Of a DNA stretch of 34,890 bases, positions 19,229-29,585 are shown one piece after another. A model generated the notes under the pieces. The model was not told the DNA's origin. It made no database searches and worked only from the letters and a program-made list of their open reading frames with translations. Source of the stretch: Planctomycetota bacterium (GTDB taxonomy: Bacteria > Planctomycetota > Planctomycetia > Pirellulales > Lacipirellulaceae); contig JBCCXZ010000040.1 in the NCBI GenBank assembly GCA_039190745.1, positions 1 to 34,890 of the forward strand. The letters are read 5' to 3'. The position numbers and the translations under genes are program-made. Within the stretch, counting starts at the first letter, position 1; every line of letters begins with the position of its first letter.

Positions 19229-21871
19229 CTAAGGTTCCGGCGTCTCTTCCGGCTCGTCGTCTTCGACGGGCACCCGGACGACGGCGGTGAGCGTGTCGCC
19301 GTCGTCGAGCGACATGATCCGCACGCCCTGGGTGTTGCGGCCGATGGTGTTGAAGTCGCTCACCTTTACGCGCTGAATCTTGCCGCGGGCGGTCATCATC
19401 ATCAGCTCGTCGGCCTCGTCCACGGGGACGATGCCGATCACCGGGCCGTTGCGGTCGGTGGTCTTGATGTCGCGGAGTCCCTTGCCGCCGCGGTTCTGCG
19501 TACGATAGCGGAAGCTGCTGGAAGCGTCGTCGTCCTCACCATTCGCGGCGTCGGCGGCGTTGGGTCCGAAGGGCGTGCGTTTGCCGTAACCCTTCTCACA
19601 GGCGGTGAGCAGCGTGGTGTCGGGGTTGGCGACGACCATGCCGACGACGTAGTCGTCGCCGACCAGGTTGATGCCTTTGACGCCGCTGGTGTTGCGGCCC
19701 ATCGGGCGGGCGTCGGCCTCGCTGAAACGGATCGCCATGCCCTCGGCTGTGGCGAGCACCAGCTCGTCGCCGGGGCCGGTGACCGAGACGTCGACCAGCT
19801 CGTCGTCGTCCTTGAGCTTGATGGCGATGATGCCCGACTTGAGCGGGCGGCTGTAGGCCTTCAGCTCGGTCTTCTTCACCAAGCCCTTGCGCGTGGCCAT
19901 TACGAGGTGGTGGTCGGGCAGGTCGAAGTCGCGCACTGCGCGGCAGTCGGCGATCTGCTCGCCCTCTTCGAGGCTAAGCAGATTGACCAACGCCCGGCCC
20001 TTCGCGTCGCGGGAGAGCTGCGGCAGGTTGTACACCTTCTGCCAGAAAACCTTGCCGCGGTTGGTGAAGAACAGCAGGTAGTCGTGCGTGCTGGTGACGA
20101 AGAGGTGCTCGACGGGGTCGTCGTCATCGGTCTTGGCGCCCTTGATGCCTTTGCCGCCGCGGCGTTGGGCCCGGTACGTGCTCGACGGCGTACGCTTGAT
20201 GTAGCCGTTATGGCTGATCGAGACCACCATCTGTTCTTCTTCGATGAGGTCTTCGAGGTTGACGTCGCCGATCTCCTCGCCCGAGATCTCGGTGAGCCGC
20301 TTCTCTCCGTGGCGCTTGATGAGCATCTCGCAGTCTTCGCGGATCATGCCGTAGATGCGCTGCTCGTCGGCTAAGATGCCAGTGAGGTCGGCGATCTCCT
20401 CCAGCAGCGCGGCGTGCTCGTCGGCGAGCTTTTCCTGCTCGAGGTTCACGAGCTGGCCGAGGGTCATCCGCAGGATGGCGTCGGCCTGCACCGGGGTGAG
20501 CGAGTAGCTCTCGGCGACGCCCCGTTCCTCTTGGAACTGCGAGTACCCCACGTCGCCCAACGCACGCTGGAGCAGAGCCCCTGGCGTCTCGATGGCCATC
20601 AACGCCTGCTTGGCCTCGGGTTGGGTCTTCGAGGCGCGGATGACGCGGATGACCTCGTCGATGTTGGCGTGCGCCAACAGGAGACCCTGCACGGTGTGCT
20701 TGCGGCGGCGGGCCTTGGCGAGGAGGAACTGCGTCCGCCGCCGGATGACCGTCACACGGTGGCGGACAAACTCTTCGAGCATCTCCTTGAGCGTGAGCAC
20801 CCGAGGCTTGCCGTCGACGAGCGCCAGGAAGATCATCGAGATCGATTCCTGGATCGGCGAGTATTTGTAGAGCTGGTTGAGCACCACGTCGGGGTCGGCG
20901 TCGCGTTTGAGCTCGAGGATCAGCCGGACCGGTTCCTTGAGATCGCTCTCGTTGCGGGTTCCGGCGATGCCCGGGATCTTGCCGTCGGCGGCGAGCTGGG
21001 CGATGCGTTCCTCGACGCGGTCGCGGGCCTGCTGGAAGGGCACCTCGTGGATGATGATCCGCGTGCGCTTGCCCTTCTCTTCGATGCTGGTGCGGGCACG
21101 CAGAGTCAGCGTGCTGCGGCCGGTGTGGTAGCCCTTGATAATGCCGCTGCGGCCGCAGATGATCCCGCCGGTGGGGAAGTCGGGCCCGGGGATGTGCTCC
21201 ATCAGCTCCGAGATCGTGATCTCGGGGTTTTCGATCAACGCGATGATGCCCCGGCAGACTTCGCCGAGGTTGTGCGGCGGGATGCTGGTCGCCATGCCGA
21301 CGGCGATGCCGTTGCCGCCGTTGACCAGCAGGTTGGGGAACTTCGACGGCAGCACGGTCGGCTCGGTCTGCCGCTCGTCGTAGGTGGGGATGAAGTCGAC
21401 CGTGTCGAGCTTCAGGTCTTCGAGCATCAGGCCCGCGATCGCCGACATGCGGGCCTCGGTGTACCGCATGGCCGCGGGGGGCAGGCCGGCGATGCTGCCG
21501 AAGTTGCCCTGCTTGTCGACCAGCACGTGCCGCATGTTCCACTCTTGGGCCATGCGGACGAGCGTGGGGTAGATGACGCTCTCGCCGTGCGGGTGGTAGT
21601 TGCCGCTGGTGTCGCCGGAGATCTTGGCACACTTTACTCGGCCGGCGCCGGGCGAGAGGTTCAGGTCGTTCATCGCCACGAGGATGCGCCGCTGCGAGGG
21701 CTTCAGCCCGTCGCGGACATCCGGTAGCGCTCGGCTGACGATCACGCTCATCGCGTACGTCAGGTAGCTCTCCTTGAGCTCGTCCTCAATCGGCAGATCG
21801 ATCAGCCGGGCGGCGATCGCTTCCTCTTCCGGGCCGTCGGGGTTGTTTGGGTCGGTCGGATCAGTCGACAA
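19229..21871 (-). CDS. gyrA: DNA gyrase subunit A
   Basis: [32 protein letters not shown] (catalytic Tyr), GyrA-box QRRGGKG, beta-pinwheel repeats; TTG start. Confidence 0.97.
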   Translation of the reverse strand: MSTDPTDPNNPDGPEEEAIAARLIDLPIEDELKESYLTYAMSVIVSRALPDVRDGLKPSQRRILVAMNDLNLSPGAGRVKCAKISGDTSGNYHPHGESVIYPTLVRMAQEWNMRHVLVDKQGNFGSIAGLPPAAMRYTEARMSAIAGLMLEDLKLDTVDFIPTYDERQTEPTVLPSKFPNLLVNGGNGIAVGMATSIPPHNLGEVCRGIIALIENPEITISELMEHIPGPDFPTGGIICGRSGIIKGYHTGRSTLTLRARTSIEEKGKRTRIIIHEVPFQQARDRVEERIAQLAADGKIPGIAGTRNESDLKEPVRLILELKRDADPDVVLNQLYKYSPIQESISMIFLALVDGKPRVLTLKEMLEEFVRHRVTVIRRRTQFLLAKARRRKHTVQGLLLAHANIDEVIRVIRASKTQPEAKQALMAIETPGALLQRALGDVGYSQFQEERGVAESYSLTPVQADAILRMTLGQLVNLEQEKLADEHAALLEEIADLTGILADEQRIYGMIREDCEMLIKRHGEKRLTEISGEEIGDVNLEDLIEEEQMVVSISHNGYIKRTPSSTYRAQRRGGKGIKGAKTDDDDPVEHLFVTSTHDYLLFFTNRGKVFWQKVYNLPQLSRDAKGRALVNLLSLEEGEQIADCRAVRDFDLPDHHLVMATRKGLVKKTELKAYSRPLKSGIIAIKLKDDDELVDVSVTGPGDELVLATAEGMAIRFSEADARPMGRNTSGVKGINLVGDDYVVGMVVANPDTTLLTACEKGYGKRTPFGPNAADAANGEDDDASSSFRYRTQNRGGKGLRDIKTTDRNGPVIGIVPVDEADELMMMTARGKIQRVKVSDFNTIGRNTQGVRIMSLDDGDTLTAVVRVPVEDDEPEETPEP

Positions 21872-22097
21872 AACGCATCCTTTCGCGGAGGAGCTTAAGA
21901 GCGGGCCACGGCTGGGCGGGTCGCCACGGAGCGCAGAACGAGTACGCCAGCGACTGATCGACCATTTTATCGGGCCTCGCCTGGGGTCACCAGGGGCCGG
22001 TGGTCGGGGTGCGGGGGGCGAGCAACGTGGTAGAATGCGGCCGCCGGCCGCGGGGCTCCTCCGAGGGTTAGGCGCCTTCTAGTCTCGTGGGATTGCG

Positions 22098-23105
22098 ATG
22101 TCGACCGACGCAGAAACGATCGGCCCGTACCGCCTGGGCGCCCGGCTCGGGGAGGGCGGGTTCGCCGCCGTCTACGAAGGGACCCACGAAGAGACCGGCG
22201 AGCGGGCCGCGATCAAGCTGCTGCACCTCTCCAGAGAGATGGACCCCGAAGTGCAAAACCGCTTCGTCCGCGAGGTGGCCATCCTCAAACGGCTGGAGCA
22301 CGAAAACATCGTCGGCCACTACGACGCGGGGCTGCACGACGGCAAAATCTACTGCGCCTTGGAACTGGTCGAGTGCGGCACACTGAAGGACGTGCTCGCG
22401 CAGCGGATCAGCCTGCCTTGGCGTGAGGCCGCCGAGGTAGCCCGGCAAGTGGCGCTCGCGTTGGAGCACGCCCACGAAAACGGCTGCGTGCACCGCGACC
22501 TCAAGCCGGCGAACCTGTTCCTCTCTGAGGCGGGGCTCGTCAAGCTCGGCGACCTGGGGCTGGCCCGCGACCTGACCGACTCACGCTTGACAGCCCAGGG
22601 GCAGACCGTCGGCTCGTACCGGTACATGCCGCCCGAGCAGATCCGAGGCGAGGCCGACATCGACGGGCGGCTCGACATTTATGCGTTGGGCTGCATCGTG
22701 TTCGAGATGGTCGCCGGGCACGTGCCCTTCGACGGGCCCGACTTCGCGACGATTTTCGACCAACACCTCGAGGCGAGCCCGCCCCGGCTCGATGTGCTTT
22801 CGCGAGGGTGCCCCAAGGCGTTGGCCGATCTAGTCGAGCAGATGCTGGAGAAAGACCGCGACGACCGGCCGAAGACCGGCGGCGAGGTCGCGGCCGCGTT
22901 GGGAGCGGTGCTGAGTGGAGAAGTGGTCAAGGCCAACGACGGCTCGAACACCGGCGTGCCCGCCAACCTCACCCAGCGGCTGCGCACCGGCCCGGCAGCT
23001 AGCGAAAGCAAACCCTTCAACCCAATTCTGATCGCCCTCGCGATCGTGGTGGCGGTGGCGGTGGCGTCCGCCCTCGCGGCGGGGGCGTACTTCTTCTTGC
23101 TCTGA
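22098..23105 (+). CDS. Hanks-type Ser/Thr protein kinase with C-terminal transmembrane anchor
   Basis: GEGGFAAV, AAIK, HRDLKPAN, DLG, YMPPEQ, DIYALG; hydrophobic C-terminus. Confidence 0.92.
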   Translation: MSTDAETIGPYRLGARLGEGGFAAVYEGTHEETGERAAIKLLHLSREMDPEVQNRFVREVAILKRLEHENIVGHYDAGLHDGKIYCALELVECGTLKDVLAQRISLPWREAAEVARQVALALEHAHENGCVHRDLKPANLFLSEAGLVKLGDLGLARDLTDSRLTAQGQTVGSYRYMPPEQIRGEADIDGRLDIYALGCIVFEMVAGHVPFDGPDFATIFDQHLEASPPRLDVLSRGCPKALADLVEQMLEKDRDDRPKTGGEVAAALGAVLSGEVVKANDGSNTGVPANLTQRLRTGPAASESKPFNPILIALAIVVAVAVASALAAGAYFFLL

Positions 23106-23272
23106 ATCTGATTCTCGGCTGCCAAGACTGTGCCCGAGGCAACGAACCCCCCTCTAGTGACGGCTTCGGATAGACCTGTAGCCAGACGCCGATCGCACCT
23201 AGAATGGTCTCTTCACGAAGACGACTCCCTCGAACGGGCCACGCCGCCCGCAACACCCGGTACCGTTATCCC

Positions 23273-23908
23273 ATGGCCAAGGTAGAGTTCTCGACGCCCA
23301 TTGCTGATGGGGCCGACGAGGTGATTGAAATCGACCTCAAGAATCGGTGGCTCGCCGGGGCGTTGTCGCTGGTGGTCCCGGGTTTGGGTCACCTCTATCA
23401 GGGGCGCACGGGCAAGGGCGTGCTGTTCATGGCCTGTGTGCTGGGCACGTTCCTCTACGGCCTGTATATCGGCGGCGGGAAGGTGGTCTACGCCTCGGTA
23501 CCGGGCCAGAAGCCGTACCGCTGGCAGTACCTTTGCCAGGCGCCCATCGGCCTGGCCGCTGCGCCCGCGTACCTCAAGCGGAACGAAGCGATCGACGTGA
23601 TGCGCCAACGACAGTCGGGCCGCCGCGACGTGCCGTGGGTGGAGGGCTTCATGGCCCCGCCGTCCCCCGATCTCTCGCAGGTTAAAGACCGCACCGGTAA
23701 CACGACGGTGCAGCCCAACGAGCTCGCGAAATGGAACATCGAGTACCATCCCTTTTACGAGGTGGGGTCGGTCTACACCATGATCGCGGGCCTGCTCAAT
23801 CTGTTAGTTATTTGCGACGCGATGGGCGGTCCGCTGGTGATCCCGGCGAAAGAAAAACCAACCGAAGACGACTCCGACGAAGACGGCCCGGGGCCGGACG
23901 CGTCCTGA
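23273..23908 (+). CDS. Conserved membrane protein (DUF6677-like)
   Basis: LSLVVPGLGHLYQGRTGKG and YTMIAGLLNLLVICDA motifs; start at ATG 23273 preferred over 23204. Family name from recall. Confidence 0.7.
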   Translation: MAKVEFSTPIADGADEVIEIDLKNRWLAGALSLVVPGLGHLYQGRTGKGVLFMACVLGTFLYGLYIGGGKVVYASVPGQKPYRWQYLCQAPIGLAAAPAYLKRNEAIDVMRQRQSGRRDVPWVEGFMAPPSPDLSQVKDRTGNTTVQPNELAKWNIEYHPFYEVGSVYTMIAGLLNLLVICDAMGGPLVIPAKEKPTEDDSDEDGPGPDAS

Positions 23909-23929
23909 ACAGGAGGCGGGGGAACCCTC

Positions 23930-24139
23930 ATGCTCACACCGAATGTGCCCGTGCTGCTCGCCACGATGAACCTCTTGTACGCGGTGCCGATCCTGGTCAG
24001 CGTGAGCCTGGTGGGCGCCGCGACGCGGCAAGAGGAGATGGTCCCGATCCTGCAGCACTCGCTGCGCTTCGGCGGCTCGATCCTGGCCTTTATGCTGACC
24101 GTGATCGCGGGCATCTCGGTGCTGGAATGGCTCTCTTGA
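23930..24139 (+). CDS. Small two-helix membrane protein
   Basis: 69 aa, two hydrophobic segments around AATRQE; AGGAGG upstream; follows the previous gene closely. Confidence 0.65.
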   Translation: MLTPNVPVLLATMNLLYAVPILVSVSLVGAATRQEEMVPILQHSLRFGGSILAFMLTVIAGISVLEWLS

Positions 24140-24236
24140 GCGGGCGCGGCGCATGCCGCCGCGTTGCCGCCCGCGTCCCGAAGGCCTAAGCTTGACGACA
24201 GAGCAGGCGGCGCTTCTCGGCGGCCCGGCTCACCGG

Positions 24237-24310
24237 GCGTCCGTAGCTCAATTGGATAGAGCACTGGTCTTCGGAACCAGGGGTTGCAGGTTCGAGTCCT
24301 GCCGGGCGTG
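24237..24310 (+). tRNA. tRNA-Arg, anticodon TCG, CCA not encoded
   Basis: Cloverleaf GCGTCCG-TA-GCTC AATTGGATA GAGC-A-CTGGT CT TCG GA ACCAG-GGGTT-GCAGG TTCGAGT CCTGC-CGGGCGT-G. Confidence 0.95.
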
Positions 24311-24382
24311 CTTCTTCTCGGTCAATGCTGTCAGGTACTTACGTAGATTCTCGACTGTTCTTCAGCCTGCGACCAATGGCCG

Positions 24383-24402
24383 TCTGACACGAATCTGACA
24401 CG
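24383..24402 (+). repeat. 9-bp direct repeat resembling tyrosine-integrase arm-type sites
   Basis: TCTGACACG AA TCTGACACG about 70 bp downstream of the tRNA 3' end; function inferred. Confidence 0.45.
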
Positions 24403-24537
24403 CCGTGGCGGTCGCGCGCTGGATACCGCGGCATCCTCGTCAGTGAAAGGTAGAAGTGCGCGATCCATAACTGACCCCAGTCATGGCCAACTTAGAACTT
24501 CACCCTGCTTCGGCCGGGTCAAGAAACGGGGGATGGG

Positions 24538-26802
24538 TCAGCGATCCGGCCTGTCCAGCACCAACTCGCTGACCGATTGACCATCGACCAGCCGCTCGAC
24601 GACTTCTCGGTGAGGCACGGTGAAGAGCATCCGCTCGTACGTTCCGTTACGGTCCTCGACAGCCCAATCGCCGACCTCTTGGCCCCACTTCGGCTCGAAC
24701 TCTCCTTCTTTGAAGGCGACCGAATGCCCGAGGATATGATTGCTGTCGCCGTACCAAGCGAGTATGTCCGCAAACGCGTTGCGGGAGGGAGACTCCAAGG
24801 AAGAGACGACGAGCGCCTGAGCCGACTGAATGAGGCAATCGGACACTCGGGCTGTTAGCTGCCCGCGTCGCGGCTGTACTTCGAGAACAGCAATGTTGGC
24901 GAGTAGGGTTGAATTCTGCAAAACCAGATCGGCTTCCCCGTCTAACTCCGCGACCAGCGCGGCGTTGCCCACAACCACGCAATCCGTTAGTTGCAACTCG
25001 TTGTCGTCGGCTGCGTGAAGAGCAACCGCTGTCCCTTCAACCGCAAACATCTTCGCACTTCGCATAAGCGCCTGGTTGATGGACTCAAGCGAAATGCACG
25101 ATCCGTGGGTCCTCGTCTCAAAGCGACAGTCCTGCACCTCGAGTTCGGCGTCGACGAGGCTCAGCAGGCTGTACTTCTCGATGGCGGGGTAGTTATCCGC
25201 GTGCCGCTTCACGTGGTCTTCTGCTTCCCAGCGGTCCTGAAAGCTGAGTCCCTCCAAGGTCAAACGACAGCGGTGAGCTCGTAGTAGGAACTCTGGAGCA
25301 ACTCCCTCCTCGGGGACGTCTAGCTGGAGAGTTGGATCTCGGCCTTCGGCAGCCGCGAGCGTGACCGACTTCGCGTCGATAAAGAGAGGGGCTACGTCGA
25401 GCGTTGCGTCTGTATCGATCACGATCCGGCCACCATCGCCGATCGATTCGACTGCCGCTTCAAGTTCGGCGGCCTCCGTGACCAGGATTCGTGTCTGCGA
25501 ACCCGGCGGTGTGTCCGCTCCCTGTGCCAGACCTGTCGGTTCCGATGTTGACGCGTCGCTTTGCTCTGCGAAGGATTTTCGCCAGTCAGATGACGCGGAA
25601 AGAAAGAGGATCGCGGGTGTTAGGAGAACAAGGGCCGCGGCCGCACGAGGCCATCGCCACCACCGTAACGAACGCGTCGAGTTTCCGAGCAGTGCCTCTC
25701 TCGCGACCTCGGCCGAAGCCGGCCGGTCCTCGGGCCGCTTCTCCATCAGCCATGCGATCGTTTCGGCAAGCCCGGCGGGGATGGACGGGTTCTTCACTCG
25801 GACCGGCGGCGGGTCGTGCGTGGCGATGCGATGAAGAGTGATCAACGGCGTATCGCCGCCGAAAGGCTCATGCCCAGTAGCCATCTTGTAGAGCAAACAG
25901 CCGAGACTAAAGAGGTCGCTCCGCCGGTCTGCTTCGCCGTCGATGACAAGCCTTTCTGGCGCTACGTAATCGGGTGTCCCCGGGAGGTAGCCGTGAAAGG
26001 TGAGCTTCGGAGTGCTGGCCACCATCGCAAGCCCGAAGTCGGTGATCTTGACAGTGTCATCTTCGTCGCCGAGCAGGACGTTGCTCGGCTTGATGTCGCG
26101 ATGAATGACTCCCTCGGCGTGGCATGCTTCGATCCCCGAAGCGACAGCGGCTCCGATTCGCACGATCTCATCGGCTGCCATGGGCGCGGCGCCACGCAGT
26201 CGGTCATCAAGCGAGACTCCCTCGACGTGCTCCATCAGCAAGTACGGCAGGCCCTCCACCTCACTCACCGCGTACAACGCTACGACGTTTGAGTGGCGTA
26301 CTGAGGCGATCGCTCGCGCCTCACGCGTGAACCGCTCGCGAGCCCGATTATCTCGCGCTAGTTCCGGCAGCATCGTCTTCAGCGCAACGATGCTCCCATG
26401 CGCCGATCGGCATGCACGGAAAACGATGCCCATGCCTCCGCGGCCGATGCACTCCAGCAGCGTGTGGCCGTCTAGCGTCTCCGAACCATCGCTGGACGAA
26501 GGCGTAATCCATGGCTCGAGGTCGTCGTAAGACGGCGCCCCGTTCCAATCAGACTCTGTATCGCGATGCGCGATTCGGTCGATTACTTCGACAAGTTGCT
26601 GCGAGGAGATATCGCCTTCGGTGAGAGCGTTGCGGAGGCCTTCGTCGTTGGCCCGCGGGACGTCGGCGATTTGTTCGAGCCGCTGCTGGCAAACCTCACA
26701 GCGATCGAGATGCCGCTGCAAAGCAAGGTCCGACGCATCCGCCTCACCCGAGGTCAGCACGCGAGTGAGCGCCTCGTCGGTAGGGCATGGGTCGGAGCTC
26801 AT
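24538..26802 (-). CDS. Membrane Ser/Thr kinase with N-terminal HxxxCxxC motif and C-terminal predicted beta-helix domain
   Basis: HLDRCEVCQ, GRGGMG, VALK, HRDIKPSN, DFG, GTPDYVAPE; TM segment AAAALVLLTPAILFL; start overlaps the sigma factor stop (ATGA). Confidence 0.9.
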   Translation of the reverse strand: MSSDPCPTDEALTRVLTSGEADASDLALQRHLDRCEVCQQRLEQIADVPRANDEGLRNALTEGDISSQQLVEVIDRIAHRDTESDWNGAPSYDDLEPWITPSSSDGSETLDGHTLLECIGRGGMGIVFRACRSAHGSIVALKTMLPELARDNRARERFTREARAIASVRHSNVVALYAVSEVEGLPYLLMEHVEGVSLDDRLRGAAPMAADEIVRIGAAVASGIEACHAEGVIHRDIKPSNVLLGDEDDTVKITDFGLAMVASTPKLTFHGYLPGTPDYVAPERLVIDGEADRRSDLFSLGCLLYKMATGHEPFGGDTPLITLHRIATHDPPPVRVKNPSIPAGLAETIAWLMEKRPEDRPASAEVAREALLGNSTRSLRWWRWPRAAAALVLLTPAILFLSASSDWRKSFAEQSDASTSEPTGLAQGADTPPGSQTRILVTEAAELEAAVESIGDGGRIVIDTDATLDVAPLFIDAKSVTLAAAEGRDPTLQLDVPEEGVAPEFLLRAHRCRLTLEGLSFQDRWEAEDHVKRHADNYPAIEKYSLLSLVDAELEVQDCRFETRTHGSCISLESINQALMRSAKMFAVEGTAVALHAADDNELQLTDCVVVGNAALVAELDGEADLVLQNSTLLANIAVLEVQPRRGQLTARVSDCLIQSAQALVVSSLESPSRNAFADILAWYGDSNHILGHSVAFKEGEFEPKWGQEVGDWAVEDRNGTYERMLFTVPHREVVERLVDGQSVSELVLDRPDR

Positions 26803-27452
26803 CCGAGCCGGACCTCTTGGGCTTCATTTGTCCGCTGCCGGAGCCGGCTGACGACGCGGCTCTTCGCGATGTAGACGGCCCCAACGGAGATGCCGCATTC
26901 ATTAGCCGCCCGCTGGGCGCTCACTCCGTCGATCGCCGTCATCCAGAAAGCTCGCCAGGTTGTGTCACTGAACTCGCTCCGCACACGATTGGCGGCCCAG
27001 CGGAACAGAAACCGCTGATGCTCTTGTTCCCAAACGTCTTCGCCGTCTTCGTCCGCTAAGTCGGACAACGCAAGCACGTTCGTTGTGCCTCCGGCGCCTC
27101 TGACTTGTTTGCGACTCCGTTCGAAGAAACGCGACATCGTTCGCCGAGTGATCACTCGTAGCCAGCCGCGGAAGCGTCCGACATCGGGATCGTACTCGAA
27201 GCTCGCCATCGACCGCGAAACCTCTTGCATCACGTCCTGGACGAGATCGCACGCATCGGCGTCTTGCAGCCCACTGTTGCGTCCAATCGAGTAGATGAAG
27301 GGGCCGTAAAGGCGCACAAACTCCGCCCACGACTCGGAAGACTCCGGGTCGCCGATGCGGTTGATCAGGCTCAGGCTGGTCGTTGCTGCCACGGGAGGTC
27401 CGGAAGCGACTCGATCTGCGGCGTAAGACGACTCTCGACGCCGACTTCTCAC
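26799..27452 (-). CDS. ECF sigma-70 factor of the kinase-associated type
   Basis: TSLSLINRI, WAEFVRLY, DACDLVQDV, GRFRGWL, TWRAFWMT, AVYIAKSRV. Start uncertain (GTG 27452 or GTG 27391). Confidence 0.9.
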   Translation of the reverse strand: MRSRRRESSYAADRVASGPPVAATTSLSLINRIGDPESSESWAEFVRLYGPFIYSIGRNSGLQDADACDLVQDVMQEVSRSMASFEYDPDVGRFRGWLRVITRRTMSRFFERSRKQVRGAGGTTNVLALSDLADEDGEDVWEQEHQRFLFRWAANRVRSEFSDTTWRAFWMTAIDGVSAQRAANECGISVGAVYIAKSRVVSRLRQRTNEAQEVRLG

Positions 27453-27547
27453 TGCATATTAGCAGAAGCTGGGAATCTCTGGCTTTTTTCTCGATTCCCT
27501 GAAAGGTTCGGGGCGCGACCCCCCAACGTGCATGTGAGTCACTCGGT
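27362..27547. repeat. About 185-bp direct repeat, copy 1 (ECF 5' end plus upstream region)
   Basis: Aligns with 32214-32399: TGATCAGGCTCAGGCTGG..GTTGCTGCCACGGGAGGT...GAAGCTGGGAATCTCTG.CTTTTTTCTCGATT..CTGAAAGG...TGCATGTGAG. Confidence 0.9.
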
Positions 27548-27585
27548 TTGGACGTGACCTGCAGTGTGTTCGCGCAGCGGGCCCG

Positions 27586-27663
27586 TGACCCTCGTCCCCG
27601 AGCCCGTTTCGCTCGGCCTGCCCGTTATGGGTGGCGTCGAGCTCCTGCGCCGCCGGGCGCTAA
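27586..27663 (+). pseudogene. Orphan PEP-CTERM tail remnant
   Basis: VTLVPEPVSLGLPVMGGVELLRRRA with no upstream signal peptide or passenger; resembles the tail of 27721..28305. Confidence 0.7.
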
Positions 27664-27720
27664 ACCGCTTTCTTCGCGGAAGCCACCCCTATCAACCCAT
27701 CCACAGAACCGAGCGAACTC

Positions 27721-28305
27721 ATGAAATCATCAATCACCCCGGCTTTCGCAGCACTTACCGCCACGACGCTTGTCGCCACTTCGTTGGCGCAGGCGCAAAC
27801 CACCTTCTTCTTCGGCGACGCCGACGCCGGTCTTGCCACCATTGTCCAGACGGTCGACGGCCTGACCCTGACCCTCGCCAACCCTTCCCCGAGCTCTACC
27901 TTCGATGTCGATAGTACCGGGATCTTTCTCGGCGACTTCGGTCTCGATGTCGAAACCTTCACGCTGTCGTTCGATCAGCCGGTGACGCTCGAGAGTTATG
28001 AGATCGGCTTTGCCGGCGGTGGTACTGCCGGGGACGAGACCTTCGACATCACGGCCACGTCGGGCAGTTCGCTCGGCAACGCGGCGACGCCAACCGGCAC
28101 GTTCGACTTCGCGGGCTCGCTCTCGCTCGCTGCTAACGAAGTCGCGACCTTGCAGACTGTCAGTCTGAATAGCTCGATTTCCTTTACGGACTTCTCACAG
28201 CTCCGAGCGCTCACGGTGACGGTTGTCCCGGAGCCCGCGTCGCTGGGTCTGCTCGGTCTTGGCGGGATGACGCTACTCCGCCGCCGTCGTGTGGAGCGCC
28301 GGTAA
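27721..28305 (+). CDS. Secreted PEP-CTERM protein
   Basis: Signal peptide MKSSITPAFAALTATTLVATSLAQA; Thr/Ser/Gly-rich body; VPEPASLGLLGLGGMTLLRRRR. Confidence 0.9.
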   Translation: MKSSITPAFAALTATTLVATSLAQAQTTFFFGDADAGLATIVQTVDGLTLTLANPSPSSTFDVDSTGIFLGDFGLDVETFTLSFDQPVTLESYEIGFAGGGTAGDETFDITATSGSSLGNAATPTGTFDFAGSLSLAANEVATLQTVSLNSSISFTDFSQLRALTVTVVPEPASLGLLGLGGMTLLRRRRVERR

Positions 28306-28345
28306 ACACTCACCCAAATCCTGAAACCCCCCACGAGAAAGGCCC

Positions 28346-28536
28346 ATGAACACCCTCAAGCACCGCACCGTCCTCTTCGTCCTCCTCACATTCGCTGTCG
28401 CGCCGTGCTTCGCGGCTTTGTGAACGCCGCGGGGATCATCGACAACGTCGAACTCACCCCGATCCCCGAGCCCGCTACGGCCGTGCTGCTCGGGCTGAGC
28501 GGGATCGCCCTCTGCCTGACCCGCCGCCGGAGATGA
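28346..28536 (+). pseudogene. PEP-CTERM gene with passenger deleted (signal peptide joined out of frame to the tail)
   Basis: MNTLKHRTVLFVLLTFAVAPCFAAL* followed in another frame by GFVNAAGIIDNVELTPIPEPATAVLLGLSGIALCLTRRRR*. Confidence 0.8.
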
Positions 28537-28709
28537 GCAAAGGACCTATCCGCAATCGCTCCACCAGCTTCGTCCATAAAAACAACTCTTCATCTGATAG
28601 CACCAACTTCCACGGAGAAGATTCAATGAACTCTGTACTCGTTAACGCCGCCAACACCACCGTCGCCTTCACGCGTCCGAACCAAGCACAACAAGAGAGT
28701 AAGAATCTC

Positions 28710-29381
28710 ATGACCGCCTCACACAAGTACTGCCTCGCGATTGCGGTCCTAGCCCTGCTCCCAGCGAGCCGCGCCGACGCTGCCGTGCTTGTGACTGTGA
28801 CCGAGTCCGGCGGAGACGTCCTCTTCAACGGTTCGGGGACTCTCAACGTGACAGACCTCGAACTTCTTTTCACCCCACTTTTCCCAAATGAGGCGGGTAT
28901 CCAACTTGGCTTTACTACTCCAACTTTCTCAAGCGGTGGCAACGTCAATGTGTACCGAGGTGCCACGGGGGGGAATCCTGCGATCGTTGGACCAGCGCCT
29001 TTTGGACGTCCCGATTTCCTGTCAGCCGACGCATCGTCGGGGGATGCCGTCGGAATGAACGTTATCTTCGGCGCGGGGCCTCCGGCGCCGGGCCTTGAGG
29101 TTCCGATCGGTTACATCTCGGAAGAAGCCCTCGCGTTCAGCATGACCTTCACTGGCGAAACCACCGCTTCGCTGGGCATCACGCCGGGGGTGCATACGTG
29201 GACCTGGGGGTCGGGCGCCAACGCCGATTCGCTCAGCTTCCTAGTCGTCCCCGAGCCCGCGTCCCTCGCCCTCCTCGCCCTCGGCGGCCTGCTCCTCGCG
29301 CGGCGGCGACGTCGCGATCAAGGTGACCCAGACTCCCGCGCAAGCCGATATCGCTCACCCTCCTCGCCTTCGGCGGGATGA
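28710..29381 (+). CDS. Secreted PEP-CTERM protein
   Basis: From ATG 28710, MTASHKYCLAIAVLALLPASRADA; VTESGGDV..SGTL, LGITPG.HTWTWGSG; VPEPASLALLALGGLLLARRRRR plus a short extension. Confidence 0.85.
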   Translation: MTASHKYCLAIAVLALLPASRADAAVLVTVTESGGDVLFNGSGTLNVTDLELLFTPLFPNEAGIQLGFTTPTFSSGGNVNVYRGATGGNPAIVGPAPFGRPDFLSADASSGDAVGMNVIFGAGPPAPGLEVPIGYISEEALAFSMTFTGETTASLGITPGVHTWTWGSGANADSLSFLVVPEPASLALLALGGLLLARRRRRDQGDPDSRASRYRSPSSPSAG

Positions 29382-29585
29382 CCTTCCTCAACGGCAGCCT
29401 CGACCGGCGACCCAGGATCTCAACGTCGACTGTCGCCTGCAGAAGACCACGACTCACAACCTAAGGCTAACGATATGATCTCTCACCTACGAAGTGTCGC
29501 GTTCCTTCTGGCTGTGGCCTTGGCGACAATCGCTCCCGTCTTCGGCCAGACGGCCTACTACTCTCTGGAAGGCAACTTCACCGCG
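29355..29585 (+). repeat. About 230-bp direct repeat (PEP-CTERM tail + spacer + next gene head); second copy at about 31932-32165
   Basis: GGCGGG.TGACCTTCCTCAACGGCAGCCTCG.CCGGCGACCCAGG.TCTCA ... GACTCAC ... TGTCGCGTTC ... GCCTTGGCGAC ... TTCGGCCA.ACGGCCT in both copies. Confidence 0.85.

Noticed and set aside
19229..21871. Possible parC because no gyrB is adjacent
   Set aside because: The GyrA-box QRRGGKG is present, and unlinked gyrA/gyrB is common.
24237..24310. Missing CCA and TCG anticodon as signs of a pseudo-tRNA
   Set aside because: All stems pair well; many bacteria add CCA enzymatically and some encode tRNA-Arg(UCG).
28533..28709. N-terminal extension of ORF 28533..29381 (also those at 14475, 19210, 23204 and 7789)
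   Set aside because: The extensions do not look protein-like and precede better-placed starts, several with signal peptides; downstream starts were preferred.
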